Shown here: in pieces, positions 9,408 to 17,666 of the stretch
Layout of the letters: the number at the start of each line of letters is the position of its first letter
Position numbering within the stretch: the stretch's first letter is position 1
NCBI GenBank assembly: GCA_049969675.1
Contig: JBMFOP010000033.1
Coordinates: 1 to 30,301, forward strand
DNA: 30,301 nt
Origin: Myxococcota bacterium
GTDB lineage: Bacteria > Myxococcota > SpSt-1050
Direction: 5' to 3'
Program-made: the position numbers and the translations under genes
Notes under the pieces: generated by a model
Seen by the model: the letters and a program-made list of their open reading frames with translations, nothing else
Databases searched by the model: none
Told to the model about the DNA's origin: nothing

Positions 9408-10031
9408 TCAATCATCTTCCTTGTTGAAAAATCTGAGATATATATCCCTGAGATTATATATCAACACACCAAGAAGGATTATATAAATAGACAGTGTGAA
9501 AAAATCACCATAAGGCCTCTCACCTACAATCAATACACCACCTCTATCATCAAAATGCCTTCCAAGTTTATTTACAAAGAAATCCCGTGCCTGATTAAGC
9601 TCCCTCTGATTGGGATATTTTGCAAATTTGATGAATCTCCCTATCCTCGGCCCGGTATCAAGTCCTTCATCTCTTCTGCTCTTATTTAATTCAACAGGTT
9701 CTTTTACCAGAAGTGTAGTATTCCCCATAAATACATAGTAATTGTATGTCTTTGTAAAAAAGAAATATATGTAACTGTCACCTCTCAGCATCCTCGGATC
9801 CGGAATACCAGAGACAGATATATATCTATTGTGAAGAAGTTTCTCGGGATTCAACCTATCCGCCTCACCAAGCATAATAGGTTCGGGTCTTGAAAAGAAG
9901 AAAGAGATATCCTCAATGTAGTAATACATCAATCCAACAGAGAGAATTATCATTATTATAGAGATATATACCGGTCTTCTCTTCCTCTTTTCACCACTAT
10001 CTCTGCCCTGATTCATCTCTAATTCATCCAT
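9408..10031 (-). CDS. Hypothetical membrane protein (N- and C-terminal TM helices around a soluble domain)
   Basis: A basic patch precedes hydrophobic ISIIMIILSVGLMYYY. C-terminal hydrophobic FFTLSIYIILLGVLIY. First gene of the gltX-cysS-lysC run. Confidence 0.75.
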   Translation of the reverse strand: MDELEMNQGRDSGEKRKRRPVYISIIMIILSVGLMYYYIEDISFFFSRPEPIMLGEADRLNPEKLLHNRYISVSGIPDPRMLRGDSYIYFFFTKTYNYYVFMGNTTLLVKEPVELNKSRRDEGLDTGPRIGRFIKFAKYPNQRELNQARDFFVNKLGRHFDDRGGVLIVGERPYGDFFTLSIYIILLGVLIYNLRDIYLRFFNKEDD

Positions 10032-10108
10032 AAGTAAAAGCCCCTGGAAGAAAGTGCATTTGCTTATTATAACAGAATGTAAATAATTTCAAACTTAAAT
10101 AATCAGAT

Positions 10109-10136
10109 AAAAAAAGCCCCGGTATCTCCGGGGCTT
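10109..10136 (-). terminator. Rho-independent terminator of the porin gene
   Basis: Perfect 9-bp stem AAGCCCCGG (10114-10122) / CCGGGGCTT (10128-10136) with a 5-nt loop. The A-tract at 10109-10115 gives a U-tract on the minus strand. Confidence 0.88.
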
Positions 10137-10158
10137 ATAAATCAGGTATAATTTATAC

Positions 10159-11319
10159 TTAGAAATTTACACCGAGTTGAAGGATGGCGGTCTGAAGATT
10201 GATATCTTCTGCCTTCCCATCTTTATTTATAAACTGAGCCGCCTTAACTGGAATAATCTTCTCATAAGATAATGTGAGTTTGGCAAATTCTGAGAAGTAG
10301 TAATTGATTCCACCCGTAATCTGTGAGAATTCATTGTCATTTATTGAATCATCTGGCTCAATGAATCCATATCTAACCACAGGGGCGAGCTTAAGGGTTG
10401 TAAATTTATATCCCAGCATTACATATGCACCATACGAAAAATGCGGATTGAATTCTACCTTTTGATTCTCTAAATCAATCTTTTTGGTCTCAGTCTGTCC
10501 AAAGATGACCTCTGATGCAAAGATAATATTATTGTAATTACTCTCAAGGTCGACCCCACCTCTCCAGAATCTCCTATTTGCATCAAAGTCATCATATGCA
10601 TCCTTGAGCCCATAATACCCAGAGAGACCAACAGAGAAGAGATTATGTGAATAACCGACTCTACCGACTATATCTTTGAATTTGTTGCCATAATCTCTAT
10701 CCTTTGAGATATCCACTCTGTTCTCCTCACTCCTATACATACCTGCACCATTTACAATACCCACTTTATAATTGAGACCCTTATATTCCCCATATGCATA
10801 CATACCGGTATCTCTGAGGTAGGGGAAGAATCCGAGCTGTCTGCCATAATATTTATGCCCTGTACCAACCGCAAGAGAGTAACTCACAAGCTCAAGGTCA
10901 TAAGGGGACCTCATTACCTCATAGCCAAATGGGATTGTAAACTGACCGGCTCTCAGAGAAATATAGTCGTGCAACTTTATATTAACGAACAGGTCCATCA
11001 ATTGTAGTAGATTATATGTATAGACATCATTTTTATCGGCTGGATTGGTAACATTATTCTGATACGCCATAAAATCAATCTGCCCAAAGAATGAGACGAC
11101 ATTTGAAAGTTCTACATTTGTCTTCAGCCTTGCCCTTGCAAGTGCAAAACGGGAATCTGACTGAGCGGCATAATATGTTACACCATTTGCATCTTTTAGT
11201 GCCACTCCATTATCTTTGTACAGATACCACATCTGGGCAAAGCCATGCACATCAAGGTCTGCAGCGAAGACAGCAGTGGGGACGGATAATACAATCATTA
11301 GCACCAGCAATCTCTTCAT
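10159..11319 (-). CDS. Outer-membrane porin, phosphate-selective porin O/P-like beta-barrel
   Basis: Signal peptide ending AVFA-AD. Motifs RARL, RAGQFTIPFG, RDTG, NGAG, GINYY. Terminal Phe. SD AAGGAGG at 11335-11329 favours the ATG at 11319. Confidence 0.8.
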   Translation of the reverse strand: MKRLLVLMIVLSVPTAVFAADLDVHGFAQMWYLYKDNGVALKDANGVTYYAAQSDSRFALARARLKTNVELSNVVSFFGQIDFMAYQNNVTNPADKNDVYTYNLLQLMDLFVNIKLHDYISLRAGQFTIPFGYEVMRSPYDLELVSYSLAVGTGHKYYGRQLGFFPYLRDTGMYAYGEYKGLNYKVGIVNGAGMYRSEENRVDISKDRDYGNKFKDIVGRVGYSHNLFSVGLSGYYGLKDAYDDFDANRRFWRGGVDLESNYNNIIFASEVIFGQTETKKIDLENQKVEFNPHFSYGAYVMLGYKFTTLKLAPVVRYGFIEPDDSINDNEFSQITGGINYYFSEFAKLTLSYEKIIPVKAAQFINKDGKAEDINLQTAILQLGVNF

Positions 11320-11352
11320 AATCAATAACCTCCTTAAAAAATTGGTGAACCA

Positions 11353-11382
11353 AATTTATATACATCAATCACAAAAAGTCAA
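11353..11382 (-). promoter_or_regulatory. Candidate sigma70 promoter for the porin
   Basis: TTGACT (11382-11377), 18-nt spacer, TAAATT (11358-11353), upstream of the SD. Confidence 0.4.
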
Positions 11383-11750
11383 CCGAATTAAACAATTATA
11401 AAGTCTCACTGCTCTCCAAAGTAATAGTCTCTCTTCACCGCTGTCCAGAATAATCTGATTTGATAAGTTAACTATTTGTAAAATAAGGATTCTGGACGGG
11501 CAAAACTGAATGTCTATTCATCCAGCCCAATTCTTATTGCCTTTCTGCTCATAAAATTTTCTACTTTCTATAATGAAATATTCTTTTCAGTAGTTCAGCA
11601 CTATGGGTCTTAAATACTCTCCTCACTATCATATTTTTATTATGCCCCGCTGTTTATGCCCTTACCACTACAATGCCCCAATTCTGGTCTGAATACTACC
11701 ATCATTATTACTTAAAAATTGGGTAATTGGTGCTAAATATCTTTGAGTCT

Positions 11751-13193
11751 TCAATTAAAGTCTATTTTGGGAATATCTGCTACAGTCTGAACTTTTATAA
11801 AATTTGTCTCTCCTCTTCTGGGGATTGGCATACCACCAGTAATGATACAGGTATCTCCCTTACTTATCTTCTTCTCCTTCAAAAGCATCATTATTGCCCT
11901 ATCAATCAGATGGTCTGTATTCTTCTCATATTTGATTAGCATCGGGATGACACCTCTTAAGAGAGCAAGGGCATTGAGGACATTTTTATCAGGGGTAAAT
12001 GCATAGATAGGTAGATGAATATGATATTTTGAGATTATCTCTGCAGTCCTACCCGATTGTGTAAATGTAATAATACATCTTATCTTCTGCTCCTCAGTAA
12101 TCTGTTTTACGGCATTTGCAATAGAATGTATCTTACTACTATTATCGTGAGTGCAACCTGTATTAGACCCGACAGAGCTATCCAGACTCTTATGACTCTC
12201 AGATTCAATAATAATTCGCTTCATCATCCTCACAGTCTCAATGGGATAATTCCCCGAGGCAGTCTCACCTGAGAGCATCAAAACATCTGCCCCATCATAA
12301 ACGGCATTGGATATGTCAGTCACCTCTGCGCGGCTCGGAATCAGTGCATTCATCATTGATTCTAACATCTGAGTGGCAACAATTATCGGCCTCTTTACCT
12401 GATTTGCCCTGGCGATAAGCCTCTTCTGAATCACAGGGACCTGATAGACCGGAAGTTCAATCCCGAGGTCACCCCTTGCCACCATTATCATATCAGTTAC
12501 CTCAAATATCTTATCAATCGCTCCGAGTGCCTCTGGCCTCTCTATCTTTGCAATTATTCTCATCCTGCTCTTATGTCTGTTTAATATCTCCCTCAACTCT
12601 ATAATATCATTATGAGACCTCACGAAAGAGAGCGCCACATAGTCAAAACCGAGCCTGATTCCAAATAAGAGGTCCTCTCTATCCTTTTCAGTCAATGCAG
12701 GGATTTTCAGTTCTGTCTCGGGAAGATTCAATCCTTTGTGCGATTTAACCAATCCACCAACAGAGACTCTGGCAAGGAATGAATTCTTTCCTTTATTTAT
12801 AACTCTTAAGACTATCTTCCCATCATCAATAAGAATCCTCTCCCCTTCCTTGACCGAATTAATGACCTCTTGATAACTAAAAGGTATAAACTTCTTTGAA
12901 CTGTCAGATTGCCTGAGTCCCACCTCAATAATCTCCTCCGGTTTAATCTCTATAGCCCCATTGATATCGTCCACTCTTATCTTTGGTCCCTGCAAATCCA
13001 TAACGGTGGCGACCGGGATTCTTAATCTATTTGAAACCTCTCTCACCATCCTGTAATTTTTGAGATGTGTACTATGGTCACCATGAGAAAAATTGAACCT
13101 TACCCCTCTTGAGCCCTCCTTTATTAATCTTTCTATGATTTCCGGTCTTGCAGAGGCCGGCCCTATGGTAAACAATATCTTTGCAAGATTCAT
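11751..13193 (-). CDS. pyk: Pyruvate kinase
   Basis: KILFTIGPAS, RFNFSHG, DLQGPKIR, AKIE, MVARGDLG, ATQMLESM, DVLMLSGETA. Confidence 0.97.
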   Translation of the reverse strand: MNLAKILFTIGPASARPEIIERLIKEGSRGVRFNFSHGDHSTHLKNYRMVREVSNRLRIPVATVMDLQGPKIRVDDINGAIEIKPEEIIEVGLRQSDSSKKFIPFSYQEVINSVKEGERILIDDGKIVLRVINKGKNSFLARVSVGGLVKSHKGLNLPETELKIPALTEKDREDLLFGIRLGFDYVALSFVRSHNDIIELREILNRHKSRMRIIAKIERPEALGAIDKIFEVTDMIMVARGDLGIELPVYQVPVIQKRLIARANQVKRPIIVATQMLESMMNALIPSRAEVTDISNAVYDGADVLMLSGETASGNYPIETVRMMKRIIIESESHKSLDSSVGSNTGCTHDNSSKIHSIANAVKQITEEQKIRCIITFTQSGRTAEIISKYHIHLPIYAFTPDKNVLNALALLRGVIPMLIKYEKNTDHLIDRAIMMLLKEKKISKGDTCIITGGMPIPRRGETNFIKVQTVADIPKIDFN

Positions 13194-13777
13194 CTTCCCT
13201 CCACCGTGTTACTACTCAACCCTTTGCAAATCTTAAAATATTCGTGTTCATATTCTATACCCCACCCATCTGTGCAGCTCTGCCCGGAGGGGCAATCAAT
13301 GTTGCTCCTGCACACTTTATAACATTTAAGAGTCTTATCAATAAGAGATAGACACACCATTCCACATTTGCAATCTGAATGAATCTCACAGTTTGAGCCG
13401 ACTGTGGAACTCCCACACTTTCTGCATACTCCACCGCACTCAACAAATGGATAACAGGACTCATCAGAGGCACACTCCTCACTTACTCCTATATTTGTGC
13501 AGGGCTTACCCTGAACTATATCACCTCTCCCTGCATCACCTCCTGTAACATCTCTTGAAATAGCATCTGAATCATCTTCTCCTGCATCCATAATATTCAC
13601 ACTCTCCAAAAACTTACTTCCATCAAAATATAGATTATCCCCTGCATTAAGAGTATCAGATAGGACATCTCTAATTGAGCCATCTATCTCAGTTATGACC
13701 CCACAGTGATACGGAATCTTCTCAGACTCACAGGAGATTAAAATTAAAATCATCAAAACAAATAAAGAGTATCTCAT
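13190..13777 (-). CDS. Cys-rich lipoprotein (myxobacterial disulfide-repeat type)
   Basis: MRYSLFVLMILILIS-C lipobox, Asp-rich linker and 15 Cys in the C-terminal region (e.g. CRSNIDCPSGQSC). ATG at 13777 preferred over GTG at 13795. Confidence 0.75.
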   Translation of the reverse strand: MRYSLFVLMILILISCESEKIPYHCGVITEIDGSIRDVLSDTLNAGDNLYFDGSKFLESVNIMDAGEDDSDAISRDVTGGDAGRGDIVQGKPCTNIGVSEECASDESCYPFVECGGVCRKCGSSTVGSNCEIHSDCKCGMVCLSLIDKTLKCYKVCRSNIDCPSGQSCTDGWGIEYEHEYFKICKGLSSNTVEGR

Positions 13778-13812
13778 ATCTGACCTATCCTCCACAAACC
13801 TTATACAACAGA

Positions 13813-15261
13813 TTATCTATTAATTAAATCATTTTTTTCATCAAAAGGACCGAGATAAGGGACAAAATCAGGTTCAAAATTAAATACAGTAATTGTAACC
13901 ACCTTATCTTCCTTCTCAGGAAGACCTATCCCGGACTTTACAATCCCGGGTATCCAGAGGAGCTCATCATGAGATGTAATAACAGGGAGTATTTTGCGAA
14001 ATCTGACAGGGACTTTCCTGTTGATAAATATCTTCTTTACTTTTACATACCTCTTATAGTGTCCACTATAAATTCTGTCACCATCTTCAAAGATTCTTAT
14101 AGAAAAAGGGAAGCTGAACTTCTCAAGGCTTAAGAAGATCTGAGGATAATTTGCCCTCATCTTTCTCCCCAGCTCAAAGGCAATCTCAACATCCAGCCAA
14201 TAGAGTTTATATCTGCCAAAACTCTTAATAACAATCGGCTTATACTCCATCAGGTCTGAAAACATCTGTTTTATATGAGGGATGTGCCCCATACTGACCT
14301 TCCCATACTCACACCTTATTACTATATCAGATGTAAGCCTGTAAAAGCTGCTCCCTCTGGCCTTAAGTAGAAAATCAATGGCACATCTGATATTATCAGA
14401 ATCTATTCTGCGCGAGACATTTAGATTTGAGATAATATCCAGTAGAAAATATCTCCTCAACTCCATAGGAATATCTATAAAATCCCTCTGTTCAAATGTG
14501 GCAATGGAAAAGTCCTCATCATATTTAACCTTTTGTAAATATCCATTCAATGTCTTATTTAAAAGCATCCTCAATTGAGCCGCATCTTCAGCAAGAGAAT
14601 ATAGCGCCTCTTCAATATTAGGATTGAAATGTTTTTTTAGATACGGTATCAGATCCAATCTCACCTTGTTTCTCAGATATCTTTTATCACGATTTGTATA
14701 ATCTTCAACGAACTTTATCTTATGACCTCTTATATATTCCATCACCTCTGTTCTTGATAGAATAAGCAAAGGCCTTATAATTCGTTCGTCTCTATTGAGG
14801 AGTATACCTGAAAGGCTTTTAATGGTGGTGCCTGAGATTATCCTCATCAGGAGCGTCTCAGCCTGATCCGACAGGGTATGCCCGGTCGCAATCAGATTAT
14901 ATCCAAATTCATCAGCAATACTCAAAAGCGCGTTATATCTCTCTTCACGAGCCCTCTGTTCAAGTGACCTCTTCTCACTCTTTCTCGCGCCAAATATATA
15001 TACCTCTCTCCCATAAAATGGGATATCCCGTCCTGCACACTCACTCTCAACAAATTGCATATCTTTGTGTGAATCAACCCTCATCTTATGGTCTATATGT
15101 GCTACTCCAATCTCAAAGCCCATAATAATAGATAGATTATCCATAATATCAAGTAGAGCCATAGAGTCCGGACCACCAGAGACAGCAAGCAAAATTCTAT
15201 CACTGCCCTTTATTAACGAATTGGATTCAATAAATTCCTTTACCCTAAAGAGAGTCTTCAT
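13813..15261 (-). CDS. tilS: tRNA(Ile)-lysidine synthetase
   Basis: PP-loop AVSGGPDSMALL, AREERY, TGHTLSDQAET, IRPLL, RNKVR, and a C-terminal KKIFINRKVP...R..LP domain. Start is 15261 (ATG) or 15297 (TTG). Confidence 0.93.
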   Translation of the reverse strand: MKTLFRVKEFIESNSLIKGSDRILLAVSGGPDSMALLDIMDNLSIIMGFEIGVAHIDHKMRVDSHKDMQFVESECAGRDIPFYGREVYIFGARKSEKRSLEQRAREERYNALLSIADEFGYNLIATGHTLSDQAETLLMRIISGTTIKSLSGILLNRDERIIRPLLILSRTEVMEYIRGHKIKFVEDYTNRDKRYLRNKVRLDLIPYLKKHFNPNIEEALYSLAEDAAQLRMLLNKTLNGYLQKVKYDEDFSIATFEQRDFIDIPMELRRYFLLDIISNLNVSRRIDSDNIRCAIDFLLKARGSSFYRLTSDIVIRCEYGKVSMGHIPHIKQMFSDLMEYKPIVIKSFGRYKLYWLDVEIAFELGRKMRANYPQIFLSLEKFSFPFSIRIFEDGDRIYSGHYKRYVKVKKIFINRKVPVRFRKILPVITSHDELLWIPGIVKSGIGLPEKEDKVVTITVFNFEPDFVPYLGPFDEKNDLINR

Positions 15262-15311
15262 AGATAAAAGGATAGACTTTAATATCCCAATTTTCAATCC
15301 ATTTCTTTATG

Positions 15312-15339
15312 TTGAAAAAATGAATTTTGATGCTAAAAT
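15312..15339 (+). promoter_or_regulatory. Candidate sigma70 promoter (extended -10) for the phosphodiesterase lipoprotein
   Basis: TTGAAA (15312-15317), 16-nt spacer, TG-n-TAAAAT (15331-15339), then GGAG at 15352-15355 and ATG at 15362. Confidence 0.45.
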
Positions 15340-15361
15340 AGATTTTAATGTGGAGATAAAA

Positions 15362-17659
15362 ATGAAATCTATTTATTTATTTGCCCTTTCTCTCGTCATT
15401 TCACTCTATATTTCTGGTTGCACAGAAGAATCCAATCATTTTGAAGATGCAACCGGAGATGCCATCTTAACTGACACAGATATTGAAGACATCCTAAAAT
15501 CCGATATATCCTTACAAAAGAACAAATCAGTAAAAGTATCTGTCAGGAGTAGATTTCCATCCTCAAAGGGCGGTGAGGAGATAAGACTTATTACATTTTC
15601 AGGCAGCGATTCAATAATACCTGAGGAGTCGGAGTATACAGATTCATTTATTTTTGAGACAGATAAAGTCCTTTCAATCTCCCTTAACAACAATGAGGGT
15701 CTTCTGGCATTTATTGATAAAAATGGGAGTGGAAAATTAGACAGCGGAGATTATTTTGGAATCTTAAAGGCGTCTGAGATAGAAGATGGAGGGAGATATA
15801 TCCTCTACATTCAATCATATATCCCATTTGAGAGAAATCTGGAGCAGGGGCTAAACGGCAATGAGATTGCAGTATTTGGGAGAATAAGAGATAAATTATC
15901 TGAGGCAGATGGGCTCTCAATGATTATTACAAAGATAGGAGATGAATATTATGTCTATTCAAAGATTGGAACAATCTCATTTAAGAGGATATTTGAAAAT
16001 GGAGAATATAAATATCCGGTAAATATCATCTCGGGAAAAAACCCAATTGATAATACAGATGCAAAATTACTTTATACATTTGAAGAGGAGTTAAATGCAG
16101 GGTCCAATCCAGAAGGGACTCAATATAGCGGTTATGAAGTAAATGATAGAAGGATATCCTTCATTGAAGAGGATAAGACCTCATACCCTTTTGCATATGA
16201 ACGAATTGCACAGATATTTGATGATCCGAATAGTGGAGATATAATCGGTCTCCCAATGCCCTATGGAGATGGTCTATATGAGATAGGCGCCCACGGACAT
16301 CTGGACATTACACAATCAAGAGCGCCTCTCATATTCTCCGGGGCTGGCGTCCGGAAGGGACTGCTATATGAAAATCCAGTAAAAGCCGTGGATATAGCAC
16401 CTACCATTATCAGGATGATGGGAGGGAAAACGCTCATAGGCACAAACAAATTCAATCAACTGACAGATGAGAACTATCTCAGAAGGCAGGATGGAGATGT
16501 AATCTCTGATATACTTAATGGTGAGACACCGGAATATGCCATTATAATCGTCTCTGATGGCCTCTCCCATACAGAATTACAGAGGGCGTTTGAGGATGAG
16601 AGCTATAATATCCCAAATATTAAATTACTCAAAGAGAATGGTACCTACTTTAAGTATGGACATATTACAAATTACTTCTCTGTAACCATCCCTTCACATA
16701 CCACTATTGGGACCGGGCTCTATGCTGGACATCACGGAATTGTCAATAATCTCTACTATTTACGAGATAATGCCCGTCTTCTTACACTGATTGACCTCGG
16801 AGTGGGACCCGCACAATATTTAAGAGATGAGGTTGAGACCATATTTGAGGCATATCACAGAAACTTCGGGAGGTATAATGAAAAGGGTAATACAAACGGA
16901 AGATTTACTGCCTCAATAAATGAGCCCTGCACCCGAGGTGCGACATACGCCACTCTTGAATCCCTCATATATGACTTCGCCTCCTATCAATATGAACCTC
17001 TACCAATTATTGATGAACTTAGACAGGTTACCTCTGCCGACAATACAGCCGTAAATCAGATGATATATCTCTTTGAGAAAAGCAATCTACCTCTTCCAAA
17101 CCTTGTAATGATAAATCTCACCTCAACTGATGGGGCAGGGCACATCTACGGCCCACATTCTGATATGATAAAGAAGGTGCTGGAGCAGACAGATTTTAGA
17201 ATAGGGAAGATAATTGAGCTCTATAAAAAGGCTGGCATATTCGACAGGACCGTCTTTGTATTTACCGCTGACCATGGGATGGAGATTCAGGATAGAAATC
17301 GCTCATTTGAATATAAGATTGATGGAACAGATGTCTCTGTGCCGTTACTTGACGAATTGAATATAAAATACACCGGTGGACTACCATTTATCTATTTTAC
17401 AACTATGAGGTATGAAATCAGTCAGCCTCTCACAACTGGAATCAGCAACTATGTGTTTAATGTATTTGATGAGGATAGGGGGTTCCCTCTCAAATCGGCG
17501 AAGGTAACTATCAGTCAAAATGAAAATGCCATATCCTGTAATACAGATGAGAGAGGGACCTGCAATATCTCTATTGAATTTAAGGAAGGGAAGGCAAGAT
17601 TACGAATAGAACATAGTAGTTACAACTTTATTGAAGAAGAAATAGAGGTTCAAAGATAG
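15362..17659 (+). CDS. Alkaline phosphatase superfamily (nucleotide pyrophosphatase/phosphodiesterase-like) lipoprotein, apparently circularly permuted
   Basis: MKSIYLFALSLVISLYISG-C lipobox. Motifs VSDGL, TIPSHTTIGTG..HHGIVNN, DGAGH.YGP and TADHG. GAHG...VDIAPT lies upstream of them. C-terminal beta-sandwich-like tail. Confidence 0.85.
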   Translation: MKSIYLFALSLVISLYISGCTEESNHFEDATGDAILTDTDIEDILKSDISLQKNKSVKVSVRSRFPSSKGGEEIRLITFSGSDSIIPEESEYTDSFIFETDKVLSISLNNNEGLLAFIDKNGSGKLDSGDYFGILKASEIEDGGRYILYIQSYIPFERNLEQGLNGNEIAVFGRIRDKLSEADGLSMIITKIGDEYYVYSKIGTISFKRIFENGEYKYPVNIISGKNPIDNTDAKLLYTFEEELNAGSNPEGTQYSGYEVNDRRISFIEEDKTSYPFAYERIAQIFDDPNSGDIIGLPMPYGDGLYEIGAHGHLDITQSRAPLIFSGAGVRKGLLYENPVKAVDIAPTIIRMMGGKTLIGTNKFNQLTDENYLRRQDGDVISDILNGETPEYAIIIVSDGLSHTELQRAFEDESYNIPNIKLLKENGTYFKYGHITNYFSVTIPSHTTIGTGLYAGHHGIVNNLYYLRDNARLLTLIDLGVGPAQYLRDEVETIFEAYHRNFGRYNEKGNTNGRFTASINEPCTRGATYATLESLIYDFASYQYEPLPIIDELRQVTSADNTAVNQMIYLFEKSNLPLPNLVMINLTSTDGAGHIYGPHSDMIKKVLEQTDFRIGKIIELYKKAGIFDRTVFVFTADHGMEIQDRNRSFEYKIDGTDVSVPLLDELNIKYTGGLPFIYFTTMRYEISQPLTTGISNYVFNVFDEDRGFPLKSAKVTISQNENAISCNTDERGTCNISIEFKEGKARLRIEHSSYNFIEEEIEVQR

Positions 17660-17666
17660 ATTTTCA

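Noticed and set aside
15065..15361. N-terminal 99-aa extension of the phosphodiesterase ORF
   Set aside because: It overlaps tilS on the opposite strand. The promoter, SD and lipoprotein signal all point to the ATG at 15362.
15336..15374. 10-bp inverted repeat AAATAGATTT/AAATCTATTT around the start codon
   Set aside because: Almost all A/T, and the left arm overlaps the predicted -10 so it would mostly not be transcribed. Likely chance.
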